Origin: Girardia tigrina
Taxonomy: Eukaryota
Direction of reading: 5' to 3'
Length of the DNA stretch: 64,000 nt
NCBI GenBank assembly: GCA_001938485.1
Contig: MQRK01250698.1
Span: forward strand, 11,518-75,517
How positions within the stretch are numbered: position 1 is the first letter of the stretch; every line of letters begins with the position of its first letter. The position numbers and the translations under genes are program-made. Positions 37,204 through 50,832 of the stretch are shown here, one piece after another. The notes beneath the pieces are model-generated. The model was not told the DNA's origin and searched no databases. It saw only the letters and a program-made list of their open reading frames with translations.

Positions 37204-39480
37204 CAGAGGCGTAGGCAGGAGTGATGAATAGAGGTGACTGCCGGAAGTTTAGGGGAGCGCATTTTTTCATTCTTTATTAAATTGTTAATCTTTTTAAAAA
37301 AAGTGCACGAACGCAATACTGATTAAGAATCAACATTCACAATTTGCTTTATTCAGTCTTAATGACAACATACCACAAAGTATAATCAGTATAATTGTAA
37401 TTTCCGGTTTTGGCTTGAGTTTAAATCTTTGGAGGAATTTTCCCATATTGATACATTTAGATTGATTTAAAAGCTAGGAATACCAAATCGAACTGGGGAG
37501 TGTGTATCATCGACTGTCTTTGAGGCCTGTTGACCAGAATTTACACGGAGAAAGTCCATTCGCACATACCCATGATGCATTCAACAGCTGCAACGCTGAC
37601 TATGCTTCTTTAAACGCAACTCGCTATTCATATATTGCCTGACAAGATAAATTTAAAACAAAAGATACGCATTGTGTTATTAGATACGAAAAGAGCCATT
37701 TAAAACGTAATTTCACCCGGAAAACATCCAAATGAGCGTTTTTTTTCAAATAGCTCTTAACTACTACGACCTCTTCTTTTGAGAGGTGATTATTCCAAGG
37801 AAAATGAAAGGTTTTAATTTGAGAAAGTCCAGGTCATGTATTGATGATATCACCGTCAGTAATTCATTACGATTATGAAGTCTTCTTTTAATATCACTGC
37901 AAACAATGTACATCGTCTCATAATAAGCTACTTTCAATGACTCACTGGTGTTTCCACTTGACTGCCCTATTAATTGGGTGATGATGCAATCTCTTAAACT
38001 TTTCCTTTCACTTCGTTAAAGTTTGCTTAAACACTAAATTGCTCTTCATTTTCTGACAACAACGACTGAGATTCTTGTAGTATCATTTGAAAATATACTG
38101 TTGATCTGTTGTTCCATATTGCTGCAAAGGTAGAGTTTGTGATTTTCAGTGCATCGGTAAGACCAGTCTCTCAACTTTGGAGAATTTTGTCTACGGATTA
38201 AACTAATACCAATATCCATTTCAGCATTATTAAAATAGATCGGAAATTGATATCTCTCAAAACCTTGACCAATCCCACAGTGAGAGCTAAATCATTTTTA
38301 TCGACAGTTGTTGAAGGTATTTGTTTTACTGTTCGATTAATTTCAACATAGTTGCTATGTATGATACTGATAATCTTCAAATGTCGTTGCCGGGGAACAT
38401 TATCACCTTCATCATGTGCTGCAATTCTGGGATCTAAGAAGAATTCATGTAGTATTGCGCATTGGTCGAAATACTGCGTCCTAGTACGTACACTGGAAGT
38501 AGCTTTTGCTATCACAAGATGAAGTCGGTGATTGAAACAGTGAACGTATGGTATTTTCTTTTAAAATTTGGCCTGTATCTTCAATTTGACGCCTGCCGAT
38601 GATCCACTCATTACACTAGCACCATCGTAGAATTGACTCTACAGATAATTTGTATTCAGTTTTTTATCTTTTAGCGTTGTAAATGTTAAAATTGTCAAGG
38701 ACTCTTCATCCAAATTTACAGTATTTTCGATCGAAAGTAAAGTTTCAATTTTTTTCCCATCCTTAATAACAATTGCTATACTTTCGCGATTGCATGCGTT
38801 CTTTACCCTATCTTCGAATAAATTGTACCATGGAACATCAACTTTGATTATGTCATTCAAAATATATTCTTTGACTAAATCAGTCATCAATCGGATAATA
38901 TCATTTTGTATTTCCGGTGAAAAGTAGTTTACATTATTTTGAATGCGTTGATACCACTCTGCTAAACGGGTATCTTGTCGAAGTGTAAATTCAAACAGAT
39001 TTCTATACAGAGAATGTTTTTCATTTTCATCAATATAGTAGCGTCATCTAATGCCAGTTCATTCGTAGAAAGAAATTGAAGGATATCACAATGGATTGTA
39101 AATAGTGTCTGTTATCCCTCAATACTTTGTCATTCAATAGAGTTGTCACTGAAAGTCTTCTTTGATCGTGCTGTTCTTTTTTATGCCATAACGTCATAGC
39201 TTGTCGATGCATTTCACTGCGTTCATGCTTTGGAAATCCACCCTCCTTGCTCAGAGTTTTCTGCCAATTCACAAAACCTTGGGAATTAAAAGCTTTTTCC
39301 TTGCTTCTTGTAACTGAAAAAACACAACAGAGATAATATAGTGCAGCATCTCAATCTTCTGAGTACTACAAGCATGTAAATCGTTTCAACCAGTCGGGCT
39401 GAAAACTCCGACCGTCTTTGTTTTCAGGATAACCTTTTTTCTCTAGATTTGCAAAAGAGAAGATTGGTAGTGAATAATTA
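37204..39480 (-). mobile_element. hAT transposon (ZMYM1/DUF4371-like transposase) pseudogene
   Basis: Fragments NWQKTLSKEGGFPKHERSEMH, YFSPEIQNDII, YDGASVMSG, PYVHCFNHRLHL; terminus CAGAGGCGTAG at 37204; other end not located. Confidence 0.8.
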
Positions 39481-41076
39481 AGCAAAATATGTGATATATC
39501 AGAGCTAGTAGTACTATCCCGAAGTCATGAATGCCACAGATACAATCTAACACGCTGGAGCAGGTGGAATGAGTAATTGTGATGTGGCTGTTTATGAATT
39601 CAATTTATTTAGGCGCATAATAAATTTACTCCTTATGATTGTAAATTATCACTCAAAGAAGTAAAAAATGTGTAAATGCAACCCCATTTACCATATAAAG
39701 CTGTACATCCATACATGCACAATGTAATCAATAATTCTGGCCTCAGGTGTAGATTTGAGTACATGATGATGTTTTCTTCGTATGTGTGTGTGCACTGCAT
39801 TATTAGGAGATAGTGTGACAGTGTGTCGATCTGTGCAAATTCCTTATGTGCCCGGTTATTCATGAATTAAACAGATGAAAATTCTGTTTCTCATTGCTTA
39901 GTTTAAAAATTTCTTTCTTTAAATTTATGATGATATGAGACTATCAGAAACAGTCAACATGGTATTACCATCCATTGATTCAATCACTGTTTTGGTCGTT
40001 TCACTTGAACATATCCTCAAAAAAAACATCCACACAGCCCCCAAGTTAGATCGAAACATAATAATTACCCTTATACTTTTGATTATGTTACCGAACTTGA
40101 AAATAAATCCATTGGAATAATACTGATCTGAAAACAGCAACAATAGTTTTTATCTATAGATCGTATTTAAAATTAAAAATGTTTATTAACATTACAAATA
40201 TTATATGTAAATTTAATTAAATTTTTACAAAATCTTTTGAAAATACATTTACAAAAAAATTAATAATTTTTTAATCTCGGTTAAACGAAAAGAACGTACT
40301 CTTTCAATTTTAAATAAAGAGAATAAATTTATTAAAAAATATTTTCAAATTAGTAAAATTATATATTTAAAAGAAAATTAGCGTATTTTAAAATTAGAAA
40401 TATTTTAAATAATTCTTAAGATTAGGTATATAATTGAATAAATAATGGATATTTTAACAGTAGTAGACAAGCAAAATGTTAAGTTCTTTAACAAAAGTCA
40501 GGTAATGCATGGATCGAAAATCCTCCACCAAGAGGAGGATTAAAGGAGCAATGTCACCATTTCACTGATAATATTCTTAAAGATTAACAATAAACTATCT
40601 GTTTAAATCGCAAGCATAACTCATTCAAGGATTAAAAACGATTAACGACTGTGTTTAAGGATAACGAGTAAAATATTTTCGACTTTAGGATAATGCTTGA
40701 TTGTCTAGTGGAGTCTATTACTCGAGATGTAAATATAACGCTCGTATCTAGAGATACAGTTTAACACAAACCATACTGATCTCGCATAACAATAAAAAAA
40801 CCTAGTCTCTGTCAATCCAATGTCTGGCGGTATTTAAACATTAAGTATTAAAAATAATATTTTCCAATTTAAAACATATTTGATTGTCAAAAATTTAAAA
40901 TAAATGTAAAGTAACATATTTTTGAGATTAACTAATTACTTTGGCAGGAAATTGCCAGTGTGACTTGTAAGAAGACGTTCTACAAAAACCGTTTTCATTT
41001 AGTATTTAAACACATTTAGATTAAATTATAAATTTCAAATAATTTATTAAAATTAATTTCTTTTTAGAATAAAGCG

Positions 41077-41640
41077 ATGTTTTTTCAAATTGAAGATATT
41101 TTGCATGAAAATTCGTCTTTGGCGCATCTTTCTACCGATCCGAAGATATTGAAGATCCGAGAAGACTTGAAAGATTTTGTTCCGATTTCGAGAGAAATTG
41201 CAGAAAAAGGTCTTCAAACTCGACCGATACGAATTTATTTAGACGGAGTTTTCGATTTGTTTCATTACGGTCACGCGAATTTATTGTTTCAAGCAAAAAA
41301 TTATTTTCCTGGACCAGTATGGATTGTCGCCGGAGTGTCGAGAGAGGAAGATTGTACAAAATACAAAAGAAAACCGATAATGACACAAGAAGAACGAATA
41401 CTATCTGTACGACATTGTCGTCATGTTGATGAAGTAATTGAAAAAGCGCCTTGGTTTACAACAATAGAGTTTTTGAACGAAAACAAATTAGATTTCTTGA
41501 TGCATGATCCGGCACCTTATCCTTCAGAGGAACAAGAAGATATATATGCAGAAATTAAGAATCATAATCGTTTTTTACCGAGTAAAAGAACTCCAAATAG
41601 GAGTACGACAAATATCATAGAAGATATCGTTCGAAACTAA
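41077..41640 (+). CDS. PCYT1: Choline-phosphate cytidylyltransferase-like protein, catalytic domain only (copy C, 187 aa)
   Basis: Same motifs; a TAA replaces the His codon of copies A/B and removes the last 6 residues (the old tail TTA AAA GTC AAA TAA is still visible). Confidence 0.86.
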   Translation: MFFQIEDILHENSSLAHLSTDPKILKIREDLKDFVPISREIAEKGLQTRPIRIYLDGVFDLFHYGHANLLFQAKNYFPGPVWIVAGVSREEDCTKYKRKPIMTQEERILSVRHCRHVDEVIEKAPWFTTIEFLNENKLDFLMHDPAPYPSEEQEDIYAEIKNHNRFLPSKRTPNRSTTNIIEDIVRN

Positions 41641-41979
41641 TTATTAAAAGTCAAATAAATTAATTAACTTTTAATTTAATTTACGTTAACTAAATTCTGG
41701 GTTATCAGCTCATTATATTTGTGTTTGTTTTAAGAATAATATACTTTTTGAAAACAACTTCTTTATATAAAAAGTTTTTCTTTACAAATGAAATTATTTC
41801 TAAAATAAGATTACCCTTTTATAATTATCTGATTGTTAATTTTTATTAGTAAGTATTTAATAGAACATGGCGGGAAATAAAAATCTTTCAAGTTATTCTA
41901 CAGAATGTACTGTTCTTGTCTATGAACAAGCCATGTAGATCATGGATATTGTACGAAGTTTTAACAGTTTAAACCGCCT

Positions 41980-42480
41980 TTTAAACAATTTAAAGAGGAC
42001 CGAATTCAACAACACGGCTTGGCTACAGCGAATTTGTGAACAGGAGCGTTGTTGAGGAGTAAGAACAGTGTATTGTCGTAAGGCTTTCCCCTTTTCTTAC
42101 AGGCATCTTCTACCACACATGTGTAGTATTCACTTTTAATTTTCGTGGCTTGGTCAGTAAAGTGACTTCATTGAGTTTTTACATACTTCCTTCTACCTCA
42201 TTTGGTGAAGACAGCTCGATGATATCCACAACAGGCGATTGTGAAGCGGTCCTGTGTTTGATTTCGGATCGATTTATGTTTATTTGAGAGCTCATTTGCC
42301 AGCAATACTAAGGCATTTTAAATGCAAATGGTTGAACTGCTGATGATGACTTGCTTAGTTATATTAAATAAGTGATGTGTCATTTTCGCTGGTGTATTTT
42401 TTTCATCAAAATCGGTGTGGCTCAACGTGACAAATCATGGGAGTACAATCCTATTCGATTGCTATTCCTTCCTCATCCAA
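41980..42480 (-). mobile_element. mariner remnant
   Basis: Minus strand reads IKSEYY...LFLLLNNAPVHK (HDNAPxH-like). Confidence 0.5.
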
Positions 42481-42539
42481 CCATTAAAAATATTTAATGG
42501 ATTTTTATTTTTATTCGATATTTAGTTGATATTATTTAA

Positions 42540-45500
42540 ATAAATATTTCCTAACGCAATTTTTAAAAGTGAAACATGTGAAGAAAAATTAAGAGCAGCG
42601 TTCTCCAAGGAAAAAACCGTACTAGATATAATGAAAGAAATGTTACATTTGAGAATTGGCTCCAGCGATCCCATAATAATATTTAGAACGGCAGACGAAC
42701 TAATAGAGAATTTGGTAGAGAAAAAGCTAGGTAAGAAAGAACTATCGAATTTAGTATACGCTAACTTGATAGATGATGATGATGATGTACAAAAACAAAT
42801 AGCCATTCAAGGTATCGCGAAATCTAATGAGATTGAAGAAATACAAACAAGAATTTTCGAACATGAGAAAAAGAAAAGAAATGCACCAGTGGCAGTATAT
42901 AATACAAAAAGAGAAAATGAATTGAAAACAGTGGAAAATAAAAAGAGAACAACAAGACCGCGGAATAGAGAAATTCCAGAAGATACAAGAAGAAATTTTA
43001 GAGTCAGGAAAATTACTTGTTGGGCATGTCATGAAGAAGGACATTGAAGGAAGAGATTGTCCAAATGTGACATGTAATCATTGCAATAAAAAAGGACACA
43101 TAAGAACACAATGTTATCAAAACCCGAATAGGTTTAAGGAACGCGAGCAATGGAAACGGGATAATGGAAGAAATCGATGGGAAAATGATAGGAAAAAATA
43201 CTCGAATCAAAGATATAGAGACCGGCCGATGTACACAAATAGGAAATATTCAGTAGCAGAATTGGGCGAATTAGACGATGAATTCTAAGAAGGAGATGAC
43301 TCTTCAAGACGAGGCTATGCCGACGAAACCAATAGAAAAGAAGATTCTAAAAGACAGGGATTTTCCAGAGGTTACAGAAAATTCAGAGATGATCAAGGAA
43401 ACGAGGATGCACGATCACAGGGAGAGGTGATCAGTGTGCTTCATTAGAAAGTCAATGCAGATGTATGTCTGATTGTACATATGAATGTGTGTGTGTGATT
43501 GTATTTTTGATTGTATGTATGAAAATATTCTTCTAGAAATGTGTGAATTAGATAGTTTGAATAAAGAAAATAATGAAAAATGTGATAACATGGATATTGA
43601 AAAAGAAAGAATGAAAAGAAATATTACAACAGATATATTAAAAATAGCAAAGTTTGACATAAATTATAAAAATTTGAAAGGACGGCCAAGTGTAGAATTT
43701 CGTATAAAAGATAAAAATTTTCAGTGTCTTTTAGATACAGGAGCCCGAGTGAATGTCATTAAAGCGGATTTAATCAAAGNTATGAAAAATATTCAGATTA
43801 GAGAAACAAGAAAGCGTATTCACTGTGCGAATGACTCAGAACTTGTAAACTATGAGACTGTACAATTAAAGGTGATAATAGAAAGGGTACAGAAAACAAT
43901 AGAGTTTTATGTTGTCAAAGAAATAGATCCGGAAATGATTGCTGGTATAGATTTTTTGGATAAATTTGGAATACAACTGAAGAAAGAATCATCAAATATC
44001 GATAGCATATTGGCTATGAGAGATAGCCCTTCTGATGAAGATAGATTGAAAAGAATAAGAGAATTATACAATACTATAAGTGAAAATGAGCTAATGGAAC
44101 ATTTAACAAAGTACAGATCAATATTCATGGCTGATAAATGGGATATTGGAAAAAGTTCGTTAACCAAACACAAGATAGAAACGCATGGAGAACCAGTACT
44201 GGTAAAACCGTATATACAACCGAAACATTTTGAAGAGAAACTAGATGATATTATAAAACACTTTGAAGAAAACGATATTATCGAAAAGTGTAGTTCTCCT
44301 TGGAACTTTCCTTTAATATGTGTTTGGAAAAAAGAAAAGCAAGATATTCGAGTATGTGTAGATTTTCGTCAGTTAAATAAAATAACCGTCAGACCAGTGT
44401 TTCCAATGCCAAATGTAGACGATATGTTGAAGACACTAAATGCGGCAAAATACTTTAGTACTATCGATTTGGGAAACGCTTACCATCAAGTAGAATTAGA
44501 AGATGAATCAAAGATTAAGACGGCATTCTCAACAAAGTACGGTCAATACAGTTTCAAGAGAATGCCTTTTGGAATTGCTGCGGCTCCAGCAACTTTTCAG
44601 GAGCTAATGGTGAAAGTTTTGGGAGATTTGAATTAGAAAAAAGCAGTCGTATATTTGGATGATATTTTGATTTTCGCAAAAGATAAGGAAGAACATCTTT
44701 AAAGAGTCAATAACGTATTTGAGAAGATTAAACAATCAGGTTTGAGAATAAATCCGGAAAAATGTCAATTTTTAGTAGAAAAGACTAAATTCTTAGGATA
44801 TATAATAAGCAAAGATGGTATCGAAACAGATAAATCAAAGATTGGCGCGATAAGCAAGTTTCAAAGCCCATCATGCATTAATCATTTACGAAACTTTTTG
44901 GGCTTGACAAATTACTACAAAAAATTTATAAAGGATTATGCAAGATATGCAAAGGTATTGGAAGGTTTATGTGGTAAAAATAAGGATAAGAAACTGATTT
45001 GGACTAAAGAATGTGATGAAACTTTTCAAAAACTAAAAGACAGAATGATTAAAACTCCAATTTTGGCATATCATGATTTTGCCAAAGACTTCATTCTTGA
45101 TACAGATGCAAGTTTTGATACGATAGGGGTGGTGTTATCACAGAAAAACGAATGTGGAAGGAAGGGGTGATTGCGTATGGATCACATAAAATCAATAAAC
45201 ATGAACTAGGCTATTGCATTACAAGGAAAGAACTACTTGCAATTTATTATTTCACACAGCATTTTAAACATTTCTTGTATGGAAAAAGATTTTTGATGCG
45301 AACAGATCATAAAGCTATTACGTTTATGATGACTACAAAGAACTCTATCACACCACAGTTCCAAACATGGATAAATTTTCTGAGTAGTCTTGGCATGAAA
45401 ATGGAATATTGAAAAGGTGAAAAACATTAAAATGCTGATGCAATGTCAAGAAATTCGTGCGAATTGTGCAATCAGTGTCAAACAATGCATGAAGAGGCCA

Positions 45501-46736
45501 AGAAAGGAAAGATTGAAACAAGAATACTGGCATTAAGTGGAAAATCAGATGGTTTTAAATGGCAGAAGAATAATAATGAAATAAAACAAATAAGCGAGGA
45601 TATAAGTAAAGGTAGAAAAAGAAAATGGGCATTAAAGAATTATATCGTCATAAATCAAGATAATAAATACTGGATCACAAAGGCAGAACGAGCAAATTTT
45701 ATTGAAGAAATGCACAAATTGTTGTGTCATGCAGGTTTTAAAAAGGTCTATAACTACCTCCGAGATGATTTCGACATGGAAAATATGAGAGAATTTATAA
45801 AAGAAATAATTCAAAGTTGCATAAATTGTCAGAAAAGGAAGACACTAACAACCAAAACAAAAGAAAAACATATAAAGCAATTAGCGGATGAACCTTTCCA
45901 GAAAATATACATTGATTTTTGTAGACCATTCAAAAGAAATATAAATGGATGTCAATATATATTTGCAATAATTGACCAGTTTAGTAGATATATAAGCTTG
46001 AGTGCAGCAGCTAGTCAAGATGAAAAAACAGTTAGAAAATTGTTATTGGACAGATGGATATGGAAATTCGGACCACCAAAAGAAATCCACGTAGACAGAG
46101 GAAAAACATTTGAATCGGCTTTGTTCAAGGACATGGCGAAAAAATTTTAAATTGAGGTATTTTATTCGAGTCCATATCATCATAACACAAATGGAATTTT
46201 GGAAAGACAGTTTCGCACGATCAGAGATGCTTTGAATATTAGAATGAATTATGGAGATCATAAAGATTGGACAGAAGTTTTATCAGAAGTCGAGTTTATG
46301 TTAAATAGTACTGTACAAGCTACGACAGGCATATCACCGGCCGAGATAGTATTTGGAAGAAAACTGAGACATTGGTGGAAAAACAATTACGAAGATAACA
46401 AAAATTTGAAAGCAGTTGAACAAAAAACAGAGACAAGAAGAATTTTTGAAGTCGGAGACAAAGTATTAATTAAGAAGGAAAATGTCTCAAAAGAAGATGA
46501 CCGTTACATGGGTCCCGCAACAGTGGTGAAAAGAAATCATAAAAGAAGTTATGAGTTACAGCTTGAAGATGGAAGACGTTTTATTAGAAATGTTGAATGG
46601 CTAAAGCCATTTAAATAGAGGGGGATGTGAGGAATATTTGAATGTTTGATGTTTTGTGTTTGAATGTGTATGTTGATTTGGAAATGTGTCTCTCCTACCC
46701 AGATGGATGATTAATATTTTAATTCTTATTATCTAA
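42540..46736 (+). mobile_element. Ty3/Gypsy copy 2 (5'-truncated gag with two zinc knuckles, pol with stops/frameshifts, 3' LTR from 46626 into N gap)
   Basis: CWACHEEGH and CNHCNKKGHIRTQC knuckles; LLDTGA, YLDD, TDAS, integrase; PPT GAGGGGGA then TGTGAGGAAT. Confidence 0.95.
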
Positions 46737-47636
46737 NNNNNNNNNNNNNNNNNNNNNNNNNNNNNNNNNNNNNNNNNNNNNNNNNNTTAAATAATTAATT
46801 ATCATTTTAATTATTATCCAATAAGTTTTGAGTGAATATTTTATTAAAATATTTATTTCCTCATTTGCTAAAAAAATAATGAGAATTAATTCATTAATCA
46901 ATTTCGCTTTAAATGCAAATGTACGAAAGTTTTCACAAAGATTGTCTTAAGGACAATCAAAATTGTTGTTTAAATAAAAATATAAAAATTCAAATTGGTG
47001 TTCTTAATAGTAATAAAATGATTATTCAAAAGAAAATACAATATATAATTAAATACAAAAATTAATATGAAATATTTGAATGTAGTTTATTTTTATCATA
47101 GTTTTAAATTAAAAAATTAAAGGCAATAAAAAATTTTAAAAATAATAAATTAACATATTTTTATATTTATAATTACTTAGACATTATTGGTTTGTGCAAA
47201 AAAATTAAAAATCGTTTCTCAGAAATTTACTGAGGAAAAATTGTTTAAATAATATAAAATAATATTAAATAATTTTTTTTAAATGTCTGAAAATAATACC
47301 GAACCTTACACTTATTATTTTAAAATTTCTTTCGATAACTATATTTTTTGTGAATCATTCTTATCCAAACTCTTTAACCCCTTAAATAACATCCAAAACG
47401 GAAAAAAAGTTGAATATTGTCTTAATTAAATATCATTAATTAATTATGTAAAACAAAATCAAACTGAAATAAAATAATTTGTCCTTTTTTTAATTTATCA
47501 ATATAATAATTTTTATTTGTACATGATAATGATCAAAGTAATTCAAAACATGTTTTATAAAAATTGTTTTTAAAAACGTTCATTCAAATAATACTTCTAT
47601 AAAAAGTATCACAAAATTATTACCGCTATGGTAATA

Positions 47637-48919
47637 TTAGGTTGGTCGAAAAATAATTGCAGTTTTGGGACACAAACTTCAAAGACGTGCAAATTCACAG
47701 AAACAAAAAAGTTTATTAATCAAAGTATGAACCGTTGGCATCAATACATTTTTACCAACGAGAAACAAGTTGTTTTATTCCATTAGCATAAAATGCATCG
47801 GTTCTCGAAGCGACGAATTCTTGGAAGGCATTTTGAGCATCATTTTGGTTTTTGAAAAATTTTCACGTAGGAAGTTGTACAAATGCCTGAAAAAGTAGAA
47901 GTCCGTTGGCGAGAGGCCTGGTGAATATGGTGGATGAAGCAGGGTTTCATAACCCAACTCATTAAGCTTTTGAAGAGTCACTTTTGAAATATGAGGTCTA
48001 GCGTTATCATGAAGAAGGATGGGACTTTTTCGATTTACCAAAGCCGGACAAAGGGTTTTCAATTTTAATGTATTTCATCAATTTCATGACAGTACCTCTC
48101 CGCTGTGATTGTTTCACCTGGATTCAAAAAACTATAGTGGATGATTCCAGCATCACACCACCAAACTGTCACCATAACCTTACGGGGTGTTAGTTTCGAT
48201 TTTGGAAAGTGTTTCGGCACTTCATCTTTGTCCAACCACTGTGCAGATCGACGTCGGTTATCATACAGGATCCATTTCTCATCACAGGTAACAATAAGAT
48301 CAAGAAATGGATCGTTTTTATTGCGAAGATGATTGGCAGAAAAAATTCATATCGCCGGTTCTTTTGATTTTCATTCAAATCATGTGGAACCCATTTATCA
48401 AGTTTCTTGATTTTTCCAAGTTGTTTTAAATGATCCAGGACTGTTAAATGACTAATGCCCAACCCATCTGCAAGTTCTCTGATTGTTGTACGAGGATCTG
48501 TTTCCACCATTGTCCTCAAATTGTTGTTGTTCCCAGCAACTGGACGACCACGACCTTCTTCATCTTCAAGGTTTTCATCTCCATCAGAAAATTTTCGGAA
48601 CCATCGTTGCACTGTGCACTCAGAAGCTGTTCCCTTTCTAAACGCTTTATTGATATTGCGAGCCGTTTCTGCTGCTTTACGACCCAGTTTAAATTCGTAC
48701 AAGAAAATTGCTCGAATTTTAATTTTTCCATTATTAATTTAGCACCGTAAATATTCTANNNNNNNNNNNNNNNNNNNNNNNNNNNNNNNNNNNNNNNNNN
48801 NNNNNNNNATAAGATTTCAAATAATATCTAACACTAATGCATTTAAACTTATATACATATCAAAGTAGATAAACAAAGTATAAAGCTCAAAAACCGCCAT
48901 TATTTTTCGACCAACCTAA
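47637..48919 (-). mobile_element. mariner transposon (cecropia/Hsmar1-like), full length but frameshifted
   Basis: TIRs TTAGGTTGGTCGAAAAATAAT with TA flanks; WVPHDL, LLHDNARPH, HPPYSPGLSPTDFYFF. Confidence 0.95.
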
Positions 48920-48954
48920 TATTTTTCCATTCTTTATATTAGCTTTCTTTCTAA

Positions 48955-49075
48955 ATATGTATCCATGGAATTTAGAAACCTGTTTTTGAAGGCTTTTTAC
49001 TCAATCCATTAACTTTGCATACTTGCTCATTCTCGATAACAATAAATGATAATGTGAAAATTTGATCAAACTACT
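48955..49075. repeat. Dispersed repeat, inverted partner at ~57750-57873
   Basis: ATCCATGGAATTTAGAAAC...GAAAATTTGATCAAA matches the reverse complement of 57750-57873. Confidence 0.7.
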
Positions 49076-49447
49076 TAATCAAAAGAAATTTACAAAAAAA
49101 GTTTTACGATTATCCACAATTGTTTAAACTGTATTAAATAGAAAGCTTTGGTTTTTCCGTGCTTTAAATTAGCTGGCTTTCTATATATATCCAAGAAATT
49201 AATAAACTTTTTATGTTAGTCGTAACTATTTTAATCTTTTCTAGAAAGGAAATAATTCATTATTATGAATTATTTTATAAAAAAGATTTTTTTATTCAAG
49301 TTGCTTACTTAGGACCAGTAATGTTTGGGAAGCAATTCTTTAATCTGCCACCACCAAAAGGTTATCCCCAGACAACCTTATATAAATAAAAATAAATATA
49401 ATAATAATAGTTTTTATTTCTTAAATAATTATTTTCTTCTTTTTGAC

Positions 49448-49590
49448 ATTAGCCGTTGGCCCAATTATAAACAAACCTTCGCCACGTCTCTCTATTTGTA
49501 GCTTCTTTTCTCGGACATTTGATATTCAATCCACTCCATTCTTTTAAATCGACTATCCATTGTCTCTTTGGTCTTTCTCCTTCCACTCTT
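49448..49590 (-). mobile_element. Short RTE LINE 3' fragment
   Basis: Shares TTAGCCGTTGG and GGTCTTTCTCCTTCCAC with the 3' end of the RTE at 31300-31425. Confidence 0.6.
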
Positions 49591-50116
49591 CATGTAATTA
49601 TTTTCTTATTAATTAAAGATATTAAATACAAAAAACAATCCATTAACATTTTTAATTATAAAAATTATTTATAAAAAATCATAGACATAAGTAAATAATT
49701 AATATTTGACTTGTTTATTACTTTTAATTCTCTCAAACTTCAAGAGCAAAAGAATCATTATATTTTCAAAATATAAAAATCAGCCTCTTTCTCGAACCGT
49801 CGACATTAGAACAATTCTAAGAACGAAACACGAATTTCTATCAAAATTTCTAATTTACATTTTCCACATATATTCCTAAACAAACTCAACTATCTCAACA
49901 TCAAATCATAGGCGACAACAAGGGGGGTGGGACAAATGTGGTCATTTGCCCCACTTGAAATTTAAAATTAAACCTGTACAAAATTTAAATAGTAAGTTAA
50001 AAATAAGGAGATGGTGCATCCTAGTAAACAATATCAACAACGTCTTAAGGGATATATAATTATTTAATTTCTGATTATTATTAAAAATTTATTAGATGTG
50101 TTTTTATAAATAAGAC

Positions 50117-50260
50117 TGTGAAGAATGTTTGGAATGTTGATGTTGTCTTTTGAGTGTTGTGTGTTGTTTTGGGATTGTGTCTCGCCTACCCAGATGACTA
50201 ATTGGTATTTTTAATTCGTTATATTTAAAAATAATTTAATTTAAACTTAAGTTTAAAATA
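50117..50260 (+). mobile_element. Gypsy-family LTR fragment
   Basis: TGTGAAGAATGTTTG...GGGATTGTGTCTCGCCTACCCAGATG matches the family LTR start. Confidence 0.7.
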
Positions 50261-50832
50261 TTTAAAATTGATCTTTACTTTAATATTTAAAACGATATTT
50301 TAAAAAAAATAAAATTTGTATTAATATTTTCAAAACTACAGTTAGATACAAAAGTTTGTGAACGCTTGTTGTTAAATTGTCTTTTGCACCCAACTGAAAT
50401 TTTATTGACAAAAGCACACCAAAATACAAAGATTTCATTTGAACATTATAATAAGGCACAAATTTATCAAAACTTGTCATAACTGGAACATAAACCACGA
50501 AAAACCAGTGCATAGTTAGTATTTTGTGTATTGATATATTATTAATATTAATATTAATATTATATTATTATTAATATTAATATTAATATTGACCTTGGAC
50601 AACCAGATCGAGATCTTGAACATAAGGAACCAGTCTCCCTTTTCATTTGAACAGTCTGACATACAACTCCAAGAGAAACATTAAGAGTTGTAGCTATTTG
50701 TCGATAAGAAACGCCGTGCTTCTGCAATACCAAAACTGCTGCACGCTATTCTGTTGTAGGCTACTTGCCACGGACAGGCATGATTCTGAAATAAATAAGC
50801 ACAATTTATAACTTGAAAAGTAATAAAATTAA

